NCBI GenBank assembly: GCA_027066595.1
Contig: JAMONG010000114.1
Location: 1-42,214, forward strand
Direction: 5' to 3'
Origin: Sulfurovum sp.
GTDB lineage: Bacteria > Campylobacterota > Campylobacteria > Campylobacterales > Sulfurovaceae
DNA length: 42,214 nt
Of this stretch, positions 1-9,574 are shown one piece after another. Position 1 is the first letter of the stretch. Every line of letters starts with the position of its first letter. The notes beneath the pieces are model-generated. The model was given only the letters and a program-made list of their open reading frames with translations. It was not told the origin of the DNA and did no database searches. The position numbers and the translations under genes were made by a program.

Positions 1-279
1 TGCCTCACGTGCCTTCTCCTGTACTGGAGCTATCGCTTCTTTATTCGCATCTACCTTAGCTTTTAGTTCAGAAATATCTTTACCCTCACGCATATACTGC
101 CCAAAAAGTTTAGACATACTATTTTGTTCAGCTTTCATAGCTTCTAGTGTGGCATTTTGTTCTTTGAGTGCTGTAAAAAGTTCTTGTAGTTTTGTAAGTG
201 TAGCAGTTTCTACACCTTTTTTTTGAAGTTTAACTGATGCTTCGTCAAAGTTATTTTGGAGGTATTTTAAGTCTATCAT
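1..279 (-). CDS. serS: Seryl-tRNA synthetase, N-terminal part (runs off the left edge)
   Basis: Not in the ORF track. Manual translation from ATG at 279 gives MIDLKYLQNNFDEASVKLQKKGVE...LEAMKAEQNSMSKLFGQYMREGKDISELKAKV..., a typical SerRS coiled-coil arm. The frame is open to position 1. Confidence 0.9.
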   Translation of the reverse strand, partial: MIDLKYLQNNFDEASVKLQKKGVETATLTKLQELFTALKEQNATLEAMKAEQNSMSKLFGQYMREGKDISELKAKVDANKEAIAPVQEKAREA

Positions 280-377
280 GAGGTTTACCTAGATATTGAA
301 ATGTTTATGTGATTATAGTAAAAATTGTAGATTTTAAGTTTAGTTATATAGAAAAAATCTATATAACTAGAATATCA

Positions 378-881
378 TTAGCGAAACTGTAATACAAACT
401 CTTGAGTTAATAATACTTTACGCTTGATTGGATCACCATACGGATTATCAAATATAACTTGTGCAGGATCAAAAAATATTGCTTCTACTGTAATATTTTG
501 CCCTCTTATTTTTGCATAGTCATCTGGATAATTATATTCAAATACTGCATCACCATTATTATTTGTCAATACAATTTCATTGGTTACAAACCCATAATTT
601 CTATCAAAAGGTTTCATTTGTACTATTTCACCAGATTTTGAAAAACCATGTTCTAAAAGTTGCACTTTTATTTGATAATTTCCTCCGCCTATAATTGTAC
701 CATTAACATCTACGATGGGAGCCATAATCGTTAATGGAGTAGTAGCATTAAAAAAGCCATAAGGTCCTGATGATGCTGTTCCCGATGGATTTTCTTTACT
801 ATCTGTTCCACAAGCTGTAAATAATACAACAAATACAACTATAATAAAATGATATATTTTTTGTCTCTGCATATGATTCAT
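378..881 (-). CDS. Predicted lipoprotein with an Ig/Big-1-like beta-rich domain
   Basis: Hydrophobic signal peptide with lipobox FTAC-G. The segment 'VLTNNNGDAVFEY' resembles invasin Big-1 'TDANGxA' motifs. Confidence 0.6.
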   Translation of the reverse strand: MNHMQRQKIYHFIIVVFVVLFTACGTDSKENPSGTASSGPYGFFNATTPLTIMAPIVDVNGTIIGGGNYQIKVQLLEHGFSKSGEIVQMKPFDRNYGFVTNEIVLTNNNGDAVFEYNYPDDYAKIRGQNITVEAIFFDPAQVIFDNPYGDPIKRKVLLTQEFVLQFR

Positions 882-893
882 CCTTTTAAACGT

Positions 894-1421
894 TTAATAG
901 AGGTAATTTAGACCGAAAACAATATTTCCAGCACTATTTACAGATTCTGATTCAAATAATATGTATCGATAACTAAGATCTAAATCTATATTCTCTCCTA
1001 ACCCAACCACAACACCTGCTTGTCCTCCATAAGTAAGACCCGTCACATCTACAAAGGTACTTTCATATCGTCCATACCCTAAGTTTGCACCTATAAATGG
1101 TCTTACTTTCATATCAGAATCACTTGTAAAAAAGAAATAATCAACCATTCCTAAAGCTTTTTGAACACTTTGGTCATCTGACCCAGCATCAAAATAAGTA
1201 CCTAAGAATGTTGCTCTCCATTCATCATTTTGTGCACCAAGTCTTAATCCATATTCCACGCCACTACCTTGATGTTTAAATCCATCTTGCTTACTTCCAT
1301 CAACCGTTGCAGCTCCTACTTCTAAACCAATAAACCCTTTTGTATTGCTATCATAATTTCCTGCATACAGTGAAGTTCCAAGTAATCCAGCAACCAGTAC
1401 CGTTGTCATTTTTTTTATCAT
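894..1421 (-). CDS. Small outer-membrane beta-barrel protein (OMP_b-brl/porin-like family)
   Basis: Sec signal ending SLYA, amphipathic strands (RPFIGANLGY, LDLSYRY) and aromatic C-terminus GLNYLY. Confidence 0.8.
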   Translation of the reverse strand: MIKKMTTVLVAGLLGTSLYAGNYDSNTKGFIGLEVGAATVDGSKQDGFKHQGSGVEYGLRLGAQNDEWRATFLGTYFDAGSDDQSVQKALGMVDYFFFTSDSDMKVRPFIGANLGYGRYESTFVDVTGLTYGGQAGVVVGLGENIDLDLSYRYILFESESVNSAGNIVFGLNYLY

Positions 1422-1679
1422 AATATACTCCTTCTTCCTTGTTATATATAATGCATTAGAAATGCACTCTTTATAAGAATACCATTTTTTTATATTTTTT
1501 AAGATTAAATATTTAAAAATATTAGATTTTTAGTACAAAAAGTCATTACACCCTTAGAATACCCCTAAAAATTCCAATTTTATTGGAAATATTATACTAG
1601 TTTAGACTAACAGACTAGACTTAAGTACGTGTAACAGGCATTTGTTTTAGCTGATTCTGAATTGTGTTAGATTATTAGG

Positions 1680-1756
1680 TGGTGTCAAGAGGGGGACTCG
1701 AACCCCCGACCTCCGGCTTATGAGACCAGCGCTCTAACCAGCTGAGCTACCTTGAC
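1680..1756 (-). tRNA. tRNA-Met (anticodon CAT), probably elongator
   Basis: Reverse complement is GTCAAGGTAGCTCAGCTGGTTAGAGCGCTGGTCTCATAAGCCGGAGGTCGGGGGTTCGAGTCCCCCTCTTGACACCA: 77 nt, cloverleaf, GTTCGA T-loop, encoded CCA. G1-C72 is paired, so it is not the initiator. Ile2 cannot be fully excluded. Confidence 0.93.
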
Positions 1757-1774
1757 TTATTTTGAAGAGACGGA

Positions 1775-1803
1775 ATTCTATCTAAAGATACCTTTATTGT
1801 CAA
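1775..1803 (-). promoter_or_regulatory. Sigma70-type promoter of the tRNA
   Basis: Minus strand reads TTGACA (1803-1798), 17 bp, TAGAAT (1780-1775). Confidence 0.75.
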
Positions 1804-1857
1804 TGGTATTTACAAAAAAGGTTGTAAAAACAGTATTTGTTTGAAAAAATAACCATA

Positions 1858-1878
1858 GTTTAGTGTATTGGACTCATG
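1858..1878. promoter_or_regulatory. HAIR-like (HspR) operator upstream of groES
   Basis: GTTTAGT-N7-ACTCATG resembles the HAIR consensus CTTGAGT-N7-ACTCAAG. HspR is known to regulate groESL in Campylobacterota. Confidence 0.55.
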
Positions 1879-1904
1879 TATATTAAATGATTTAGAGAAA
1901 GTTA

Positions 1905-1933
1905 TTGACATATTTAAAAAAAATCACTACAAT
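1905..1933 (+). promoter_or_regulatory. Sigma70-type promoter of groESL
   Basis: TTGACA (1905-1910), 17 bp, TACAAT (1928-1933). RBS AAGGAG lies before the ATG at 1972. Confidence 0.8.
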
Positions 1934-1971
1934 GCGAGTATAAAAAATAGATTAATTCAAAAGGAGTTAAC

Positions 1972-2238
1972 ATGGCATTTGAACCATTGAAAGACAGACT
2001 TTTAGTTCTTCGTGAAGAACAGTCAAACCAAACCGCTTCTGGACTATACATTCCAGATACTGCAAAAGAAAAACCTTTAGAGGGTAAAGTTGTGGCAGTT
2101 GGACCTGAAGCAAAAGAAGATGGTATCAACATAGATGATACTGTGGTATTTGCAAACTTTTCAGGTATGGAAATCACGATAGAAGGTACGGAGTACCTTA
2201 TCTTACTAAGCAAAGAAGTGCTTGGTTTAATCAAATAA
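1972..2238 (+). CDS. groES: Co-chaperonin GroES
   Basis: Motifs FEPLKDRLLV, TASGLYIPDTAKEKP and GKVVAVG. Confidence 0.98.
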   Translation: MAFEPLKDRLLVLREEQSNQTASGLYIPDTAKEKPLEGKVVAVGPEAKEDGINIDDTVVFANFSGMEITIEGTEYLILLSKEVLGLIK

Positions 2239-2253
2239 CAAAGGAAACTTAAT

Positions 2254-3882
2254 ATGGCAAAAGAAATATTTTTTTCAGACAATGCGAGATCAGGTCTCTT
2301 TGAGGGTGTAACGAAACTAACTAATGCAGTAAAAGTAACGATGGGTCCTAGAGGTCGTAATGTACTTATACAAAAATCTTATGGTGCACCACACATTACA
2401 AAAGATGGTGTCTCTGTAGCTCGTGAGATAGAATTAGTAGACAGTCTAGAAAATATGGGAGCACAACTTGTAAAAGAAGTCGCTTCTAACACTGCTGATG
2501 AAGCAGGAGATGGGACAACAACTGCAACTGTACTAGCACACGCAATCTTTAAAGAAGGTCTTAGAAACATCACCGCAGGTGCTAACCCAATAGAGGTTAA
2601 ACGTGGGATGGATAAGGCTTCAGTAGCTATCATCGAAGAGCTTAAAAAAATCTCGCAAGAGGTAAAAGATAAAAAAGAAATAGCACAAGTGGCAACCATC
2701 TCTGCAAATTCTGATGAGACTATCGGTAACCTAATCGCTGAAGCGATGGAAAAAGTGGGTAAAGATGGTGTTATCACTGTTGAAGAAGCTAAAGGAATCA
2801 ACGATGACCTTGAAGTAGTTGAAGGAATGCAATTTGATAGAGGGTATATCTCTCCATACTTTGTAACCAATACTGAAAAAATGACTTGTGAACTTGAATC
2901 ACCAATTATACTTGTAACAGACAGTAAGGTAGCATCTTTAAAAGATTTGGTACCTTTATTGGAACAAGTACAACAAAGTGGTAGACCACTTCTTATCATT
3001 GCCGATGACATTGAGGGTGAAGCACTTTCTACACTTGTGCTCAATAAGCTTAAAGGCGTACTTAACATCACAGCTGTAAAAGCACCAGGGTTTGGTGACA
3101 GAAAAAAAGAGATGCTTAAAGATATTGCTATCTTAACTGGTGCTACACTGATCACTGAAGAGCTTGGACTTACTTTAGAAAAAGTGACCATTGCTGACCT
3201 TGGTCAAGCGGCTAGAGTTGTGATAGATAAAGACAACACAGTCATCGTAGATGGTAAAGGTGATAAAGATGCTGTTGTCGCTCGTGTAAATGAAATAAGA
3301 ACACAAATAAGTTCAACGTCTAGTGAGTATGATAAAGAGAAACTACAAGAACGTCTGGCTAAACTCTCTGGTGGTGTAGCAGTCATCAAAGTTGGAGCTG
3401 CGACTGAAACTGAGATGAAAGAGAAAAAAGATAGGGTAGATGATGCACTAAGTGCCACTAAAGCTGCTGTAGATGAAGGTATTGTTATTGGTGGTGGTGC
3501 TGCACTTATAAAAGCAAGTCAAGCAGTAACTCTTGACCTTAAAGAAGATGAAGCAGTAGGTGCTGAAATTATATTAAGAGCTGTTTTTGCTCCTATGAAG
3601 CAAATAGCTGAAAATGCTGGGTTTGATGCAGGTGTCGTTGCAGATAAAATTGCTAATGCAAAAGAGGCTAACTTAGGTTTTAATGCGGCTACTGGAGAGT
3701 ATGTGGATATGCTAGAGGCTGGGATTATTGACCCACTTAAAGTAGCACGTGTTGCACTTCAAAATGCTACATCTGTAGCATCATTACTTCTCACGACTGA
3801 AGCTACGGTATCAGATATACCTACTCCTCCTTCAACTATGCCTGACCCATCGGCTATGGGTGGAATGCCTGGTATGATGTAA
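2254..3882 (+). CDS. groEL: Chaperonin GroEL
   Basis: Motifs [26 protein letters not shown] and GMQFDRGY, plus a GGM tail. Confidence 0.99.
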   Translation: MAKEIFFSDNARSGLFEGVTKLTNAVKVTMGPRGRNVLIQKSYGAPHITKDGVSVAREIELVDSLENMGAQLVKEVASNTADEAGDGTTTATVLAHAIFKEGLRNITAGANPIEVKRGMDKASVAIIEELKKISQEVKDKKEIAQVATISANSDETIGNLIAEAMEKVGKDGVITVEEAKGINDDLEVVEGMQFDRGYISPYFVTNTEKMTCELESPIILVTDSKVASLKDLVPLLEQVQQSGRPLLIIADDIEGEALSTLVLNKLKGVLNITAVKAPGFGDRKKEMLKDIAILTGATLITEELGLTLEKVTIADLGQAARVVIDKDNTVIVDGKGDKDAVVARVNEIRTQISSTSSEYDKEKLQERLAKLSGGVAVIKVGAATETEMKEKKDRVDDALSATKAAVDEGIVIGGGAALIKASQAVTLDLKEDEAVGAEIILRAVFAPMKQIAENAGFDAGVVADKIANAKEANLGFNAATGEYVDMLEAGIIDPLKVARVALQNATSVASLLLTTEATVSDIPTPPSTMPDPSAMGGMPGMM

Positions 3883-3885
3883 GCT

Positions 3886-3917
3886 TATAAAAGCACGATG
3901 TTTATCGTGCTTTTATA
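3886..3917. terminator. Bidirectional intrinsic terminator between convergent groEL and EAL gene
   Basis: Perfect 14-bp stem TATAAAAGCACGAT-gttt-ATCGTGCTTTTATA with A/T tracts on both sides. Confidence 0.85.
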
Positions 3918-3929
3918 TAATTTTATTTT

Positions 3930-5693
3930 CTACTTCAACAACTCTTCAAACTCTTTTGAAGGTAATGGTCTAGAGTATAAATACCCTTGTGCATAATCAC
4001 AATTTAAAGAAGCTAAAATATTTGCTTCTTTAGATGTCTCAACACCTTCTGCCACAACGTTATATCCTAAAGTATGTGCTAATTCAATAATAGCTTTTAC
4101 TGTTGTTTGATTTTTCGAATTTAAAGTTAAATCAAAAATAAGAGATCTATCTATTTTAATCGTATCAATAGGTAGTATATTTAAGTATTTAAATGATGAA
4201 TATCCTGCACCAAAATTATCTAACGCAATAGAGAGACCAAAGTCTTTAAATAATTTGATATCATTGGCTGTTTTATCTATATTTTCCATCGCTACACCCT
4301 CGTTGATATCAAGGTTAATCGTGCTTCTTGCTATTTGATATTTATCAAATAGCATCTCTAGTCTTGGGATTAATTCTTCAACTTGCATCTCTTTTAATGA
4401 CAAATTAATTGTAATTTGAAAATTATCTTTTACACTAGTCCCACATCGTTGTCTTTGTTGAATAGCTTCATTAAATGCATACTCGCCAAGATCAACAATA
4501 AGTCCAGTTTTTTCAGCAACATCCAAAAATTTATCAGCAGAGATAAGCCCATGTTTAGGGTGTTTCCATCGTAAAAGTGCTTCTGCACCTATAATTTGCT
4601 CACCTTCAAGATCAAAGATAGGTTGATAATAAAGTAAAAACTCACTTTTAATGAGACCTTTACGAATATCTTCATTCATCTCTACTTCATCTACATGAAC
4701 TATATGGTCTTCAGTCGTAAATACCTCTACATTTAGCTCACTTTGCGTCTGTGCTTTATCTAGTGTTATATAAACATTATCAATCAACTTAGTAGCATTT
4801 TTACCATCTCTAGGGTAAAGTACTATTCCTACAGAACTTGTTAATCGTATATCATTATTTTTTCCATATATATTGCCTACTGACACAATCAAATCTCTAG
4901 CCATTTTTCGGGCCAATTCATCTTCATCAAGTCCATCAATTATAAAAACAAACTTATCTGACTCCATACGATATACTTTTATATTCTCATCAGGGTTATC
5001 TATAAAATATTGTGCTAAATTTTTTAGAATTTGATTTGTATACCCTAAACCTAGTGTATTTTGTATATCTTTAAAATGGTCTATACCTAGTAAAAACAAT
5101 CCAAATGATCCTGACTTTTTTTTACTCTCTACTACTAAAGTATTAATATCTGAAAGTGCTAAAAACTGACTAGGTAGCCCTGTTAAAAAATCTATTGCAC
5201 CATCTCTCTTTTCATTCATTTTAGTAACTTCTTGAGGTTTACGAATATCAATCACACATGTTATTGTTTTATTGATATTCCAACTACTTTTATCCAGATA
5301 GATATCTACTTTTTTTTCTTGTCCTGAAATAATCAAAAAAACATTTTCTAATTTCAAGTTATCATCACTTGTTTTAGTGAGCTTTTCTAATGCTTCAAAA
5401 AAATCTTCTCTCATACCACTTTTTATTTGTAATTGTACTTTTTTTCCCACACCATATATTTCATTATTATTATTGAGAGCAAAAAGATTTTTTGCTGCTT
5501 GATTTGCAAAGATAATAGCATATTCAGAAGAAAACAGCATCATTGCTTCATCATAATAGTCTTTCTCTTTTTTAAAAAATTTTAATTCATTATTGACTAC
5601 TGATAATTTCTTTTTTGCAGTCATATATTGCCACATAAAAAATGCTATAAGAACAAATAAGCTTAGCCCTAAAATTAATATCCATATATCCAT
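3930..5693 (-). CDS. Membrane-anchored PAS-like/GGDEF/EAL protein, degenerate GGDEF and partly degenerate EAL
   Basis: N-terminal TM helix, DFLTGLP, ESDKF at the GGDEF position, YQPI..GAEALLRW, LDNFGAGYSS, KIDRS, AEGVE and QGY. Confidence 0.9.
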   Translation of the reverse strand: MDIWILILGLSLFVLIAFFMWQYMTAKKKLSVVNNELKFFKKEKDYYDEAMMLFSSEYAIIFANQAAKNLFALNNNNEIYGVGKKVQLQIKSGMREDFFEALEKLTKTSDDNLKLENVFLIISGQEKKVDIYLDKSSWNINKTITCVIDIRKPQEVTKMNEKRDGAIDFLTGLPSQFLALSDINTLVVESKKKSGSFGLFLLGIDHFKDIQNTLGLGYTNQILKNLAQYFIDNPDENIKVYRMESDKFVFIIDGLDEDELARKMARDLIVSVGNIYGKNNDIRLTSSVGIVLYPRDGKNATKLIDNVYITLDKAQTQSELNVEVFTTEDHIVHVDEVEMNEDIRKGLIKSEFLLYYQPIFDLEGEQIIGAEALLRWKHPKHGLISADKFLDVAEKTGLIVDLGEYAFNEAIQQRQRCGTSVKDNFQITINLSLKEMQVEELIPRLEMLFDKYQIARSTINLDINEGVAMENIDKTANDIKLFKDFGLSIALDNFGAGYSSFKYLNILPIDTIKIDRSLIFDLTLNSKNQTTVKAIIELAHTLGYNVVAEGVETSKEANILASLNCDYAQGYLYSRPLPSKEFEELLK

Positions 5694-5713
5694 ATCGTCT
5701 CTTCCTTTTATTG

Positions 5714-7531
5714 TTATCTTAGTAGTTTTTGAAATTCAAATACAGGTAGAGGTTTTGAAAAATAGTACCCCTGCATATAATCACATCCATATGAAGCCAA
5801 TAATTCTACCATATTTTTTGTCTCGATGCCCTCTACTACAATTTCCATACCTAGATTATGACCCAATTCAATCATTGCTTTTACTATACGTTTATCTTCT
5901 TCATTCGTTAAAATATAATCAACTAAACTTTTATCAATCTTTAAAATATCTGCAGGGAATTTTTTTAAATAAGTAAATGACGTATATCCTGTACCAAAAT
6001 CATCAAGTGAGATACCAACACCAAGCTTTTTTAGATTATGAAAATACTTCTCTGTCTGTTTTTCACTTATCATCGCAACCCCTTCTGTAATCTCAAACTT
6101 TAAAAGTTCAGGGTTGACTTGATGATAATCTATTTGTTTCTCAACATGTTCAACAAACTCACCTGTAGCAATCTCAACCATAGAAACATTAATAGAAACT
6201 TGAATTTGCTTAAACTTAAATAGTTCCCAACGTTTTAGTTGCTTTAAGACTTCTTCTAAAACAAACTGCCCTAGCTTTATGATAAAACCTGTTTTTTCCA
6301 TAAGTCCTATAAAAACATCTGGTGGGATAAACCCAATTTTAGGATGTATCCAACGAATTAATGCTTCTGCCCCAACAGTTTCTCCCGTCCCAGTTTTAAC
6401 TATTGGTTGATAATAAACTTCAAATTCACCTTTTTCCAATCCATCTTTCATATCATTATGTAATGTTAATTCATCATACTCTTTTTTTGTCTCATTAGGT
6501 AGATATACCGCAATCTTTCCATCACCATCTTTTTCTGCTTGTGAAAGTGCTTTATAGGTATTGTCAAGTAGTTTTCGCGTAGGTCCGCTGTCTGGATAAA
6601 GTGCAATTCCTGCCGATACAGTTAAATGCAAACTTACATCTTCCATTTTATAAAATATGGCTAACCTTTTCTGAATTTCTGTCACCAATAAAGTAATTGC
6701 CTCTTTTGAATAAACATTTGATACAGCAAGTAAAAAATGATTATCAAAAGTATGATAAATCAACAAATCCATATCACTTGCAATCGTACTTAAATATTTA
6801 GAAAATTTAATAATAATTTTATTTGATTGTTCATATCCAATAATGGCTCTAAGCCTTGAAAAGTTATCAAAACTCATTAAAATCAAAGCGACCTTATTAT
6901 TATCTATATGTATCTTGGAGTACAATGCGGGTAAATCTTGTATTGCTTGTATTTGATTCGGCAAATTTGTAAGTTTATGTCGATATTCCATATCTGCTGA
7001 TTTCTTGGCTTGTGTTAAGTCTTGTATAGTAATAACATAATAAGAACTATTTTTTTCACTATCCATCATAAGAATATCAAGATGTAAATTTATTATTATC
7101 TCATTTTTACGTGATACTTTCAACATTACATGAGGAAATATTTGAACCTTCTCATCAACGCTTATTTGTTGATCTTTGATAAATGTATCTAAAGCCATCC
7201 ACTCTTTTTTTATTTTTACTTTTGGCATTTGTTTTAACACGGATAGCTGATAATTTTTTTCAAAGGAAAAAAGCGATACCATTGCTTTATTCGCATAAAT
7301 TACTTTATTTTTATTTGAAAGAATAAGCATAGCATCATCAGATAAATCAAATGCTTTTTGAAAAATTTTAACATTATTGTTAATAGTTTTCTGTAATTTC
7401 TTTTTTTCTGTATTCAAAGAAAAAATATATATAAAAAAAATAATGGATATACTGCCTATAACAAAAAGTATAAATGTCTCTTGATCTATATTATTTACAA
7501 AGTTTCTAAGTTGTATTAATACAGAATCCAT
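5714..7531 (-). CDS. Membrane-anchored PAS-like/GGDEF/EAL protein, likely active c-di-GMP phosphodiesterase
   Basis: N-terminal TM helix and a degenerate GGDEF (FDNHF). EAL motifs are intact: AEALIRW, FEITE, LDDFGTGY, KIDKS, EGIE, QGY. Confidence 0.9.
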   Translation of the reverse strand: MDSVLIQLRNFVNNIDQETFILFVIGSISIIFFIYIFSLNTEKKKLQKTINNNVKIFQKAFDLSDDAMLILSNKNKVIYANKAMVSLFSFEKNYQLSVLKQMPKVKIKKEWMALDTFIKDQQISVDEKVQIFPHVMLKVSRKNEIIINLHLDILMMDSEKNSSYYVITIQDLTQAKKSADMEYRHKLTNLPNQIQAIQDLPALYSKIHIDNNKVALILMSFDNFSRLRAIIGYEQSNKIIIKFSKYLSTIASDMDLLIYHTFDNHFLLAVSNVYSKEAITLLVTEIQKRLAIFYKMEDVSLHLTVSAGIALYPDSGPTRKLLDNTYKALSQAEKDGDGKIAVYLPNETKKEYDELTLHNDMKDGLEKGEFEVYYQPIVKTGTGETVGAEALIRWIHPKIGFIPPDVFIGLMEKTGFIIKLGQFVLEEVLKQLKRWELFKFKQIQVSINVSMVEIATGEFVEHVEKQIDYHQVNPELLKFEITEGVAMISEKQTEKYFHNLKKLGVGISLDDFGTGYTSFTYLKKFPADILKIDKSLVDYILTNEEDKRIVKAMIELGHNLGMEIVVEGIETKNMVELLASYGCDYMQGYYFSKPLPVFEFQKLLR

Positions 7532-7560
7532 TTCATAGCCTTGAATAGTGATTGACTTAA

Positions 7561-7569
7561 ATTATATCA
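7561..7569 (-). promoter_or_regulatory. Extended -10 promoter element for the EAL pair
   Basis: TGATATAAT on the minus strand about 30 nt upstream of the ATG at 7531. Confidence 0.55.
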
Positions 7570-7584
7570 TACCTGTATTAAAGC

Positions 7585-8835
7585 TCATGATTTACTTACA
7601 CATAATGCTTCTATTTTACTAAATTCATCTTCTAGCACAAATCTTTCATTTACTTCAATAGATGATAGTTCCACTGTTTTACCATCTAAAGAGATTTGTG
7701 CCCACCCTTTTTGACACTGATCTTTAGGATCATTCATTATAAACTTTTTATGCATTAAATTTAAATACTCTGTTTTTTGTTCTAGTAAAAAAGAGTGGGT
7801 TTGTCTATATTGTCTCTTTAACTCTGGCATTCTTACTTGAAATTGCTCTAATTTATACTGTATCACTCTTAAAAATTCATTTTCTACACGTTTAAACTCA
7901 TTCTGAGTCTCTTCTAATTTTCGCGTAGGAGAGTAACGGCGTAAAAGCTCTTCTCTGTAAACTAGTTCTCTACTAAGTTTCCCTATTTGATGTCCCATTG
8001 TACTACTATACCTATCAGATAATTCACTTAATGTATAAAGTATCTCCCTGCTATCAGGCAGTATCATCTCCATCGCTGCACTTGGCGTTGGTGCACGTAA
8101 GTCTGCTACAAAATCACTTATCATCACATCAACTTCATGCCCTACTGCTGAGACCACAGGTGTTTTCATAGTAAAGAGAGCATTTGCTACTATCTCTTCA
8201 TTAAATGCCCACAAATCCTCAGCAGAGCCACCACCACGCCCAACTACCACCACATCAACACCCAAACCATCTGCATACGCCAATGCCCTAGCTATTTGAG
8301 GGGCTGCTTGTTCACCTTGTACTAAAGTATCTATAATAATCACGTCTAACAGTCGCCATCTCTGTTCAATGATTTTCAACATATCATGCAATGCAGCAGA
8401 ATCTTTGGCTGTGACAAGTGCTATTTTTTGTATGTGTTTAGGTATGGCTTTTTTTTGCTCTTTAGCAAAGTAGCCTTTTACTTTAAGTTTCTCTTTAAGC
8501 TGCTCATAGGCTAAAGCTAATGCACCTTTCCCAAAAGGTTCTATGCGTACGGTTTGAAACTGATACTCCCCTCTTGGTGTATAGACAGAAAGCGAACCCT
8601 CGACTACTATATGCATACCTTTTTCGATACGAAACTTCATCTTAGCCACAGAAGAACGCCACATCACACACTTAATCGAACTTTTGTCATCTTTTACAGA
8701 AAAATAGAGATGTCCAGAAGTATGGTAAGTACATGAAGCCACTTCCCCCTCTACCATGGTATGCATAAAGGTAGCTTCTAGGAGTGACTTTATTTTGGTA
8801 TTAAGAGAGCTTACACTCATCATGTTTTGAGACAT
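7585..8835 (-). CDS. xseA: Exodeoxyribonuclease VII large subunit
   Basis: Motifs SGHLYFSVKD, GRGGGSAEDLWAFNEE, SAVGHEVD and DLRAPTPSAA. Confidence 0.97.
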   Translation of the reverse strand: MSQNMMSVSSLNTKIKSLLEATFMHTMVEGEVASCTYHTSGHLYFSVKDDKSSIKCVMWRSSVAKMKFRIEKGMHIVVEGSLSVYTPRGEYQFQTVRIEPFGKGALALAYEQLKEKLKVKGYFAKEQKKAIPKHIQKIALVTAKDSAALHDMLKIIEQRWRLLDVIIIDTLVQGEQAAPQIARALAYADGLGVDVVVVGRGGGSAEDLWAFNEEIVANALFTMKTPVVSAVGHEVDVMISDFVADLRAPTPSAAMEMILPDSREILYTLSELSDRYSSTMGHQIGKLSRELVYREELLRRYSPTRKLEETQNEFKRVENEFLRVIQYKLEQFQVRMPELKRQYRQTHSFLLEQKTEYLNLMHKKFIMNDPKDQCQKGWAQISLDGKTVELSSIEVNERFVLEDEFSKIEALCVSKS

Positions 8836-8836
8836 A

Positions 8837-9574
8837 TTATTTCTTTTGTGCTACCAATAATGTAGAAATTCCCATTGAAAAACTCTTGGTATACTTCATC
8901 TCAAACCCTGCCTCTTCAAGCTCTTTAGACAACATTTCTGTGGTTAAAAACTCCTCTATAGAGTCTGGTAAATATTTATAGGCTTCATAATTTTTCGAGA
9001 TAAATCCTCCCACACGAGGCAAGATATTTTTCATGCCAAAATCTACTATCTTATCTACAATGCCACTTCTCTCTTGTTTGGTAAACTCTAAAATCACCAC
9101 TAATCCATCTGGCTTTAAAGCACGATGAAACTCTTGCAGTGCCTCTACTCTATCTACCACATTTCGTATGCCATAGCTTATAGATATTACATCTGAACTT
9201 TCATCAGAGATAGGCAAAGCTTGTGCTTTACCCTCTATGAACTCTGCAAAATCTACTTTACTTCGTGCAACATCTAACATACCTACTGAGGGGTCAATAC
9301 CTACGTATTTTTCTATGTTCACGCCATTCTTCCCAGCTTGTTCTTTCCAGTAGATGAGTAAATCGCCTGTCCCTGTTGCTACATCAGTTACCTGCCCTAG
9401 CTCTTTTTTACCCAGTATTTCAAAAGCTTTGTCACAGCCTTTTTTACGCCACTGTATGTCTATCCCCATACTAAGTACTCGGTTTGCTTTGTCATACGTA
9501 GAAGCAATGTCATCAAACATGGTGACTATTTTTTCTTGTTTTACTTCTTTATCTGTTAGTTTTTCAATGCCCAA
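8837..9574 (-). CDS. ubiE: Demethylmenaquinone methyltransferase (MenG/UbiE family)
   Basis: Motifs MFDDIASTYDKAN, DVATGTGD, SYGIRNV and AYKYLPDSI. Confidence 0.95.
   Translation of the reverse strand: MGIEKLTDKEVKQEKIVTMFDDIASTYDKANRVLSMGIDIQWRKKGCDKAFEILGKKELGQVTDVATGTGDLLIYWKEQAGKNGVNIEKYVGIDPSVGMLDVARSKVDFAEFIEGKAQALPISDESSDVISISYGIRNVVDRVEALQEFHRALKPDGLVVILEFTKQERSGIVDKIVDFGMKNILPRVGGFISKNYEAYKYLPDSIEEFLTTEMLSKELEEAGFEMKYTKSFSMGISTLLVAQKK

Noticed and set aside
1421-1680. tRNA-Met 3' end as an integration site
   Set aside because: No integrase and no second copy of the tRNA 3' end seen in the window.
1914-3458. Long antisense ORFs over groES/groEL (1914-2282, 2379-3191, 3204-3458)
   Set aside because: Shadow frames of highly biased codon usage in conserved genes, with no RBS or domain motifs.
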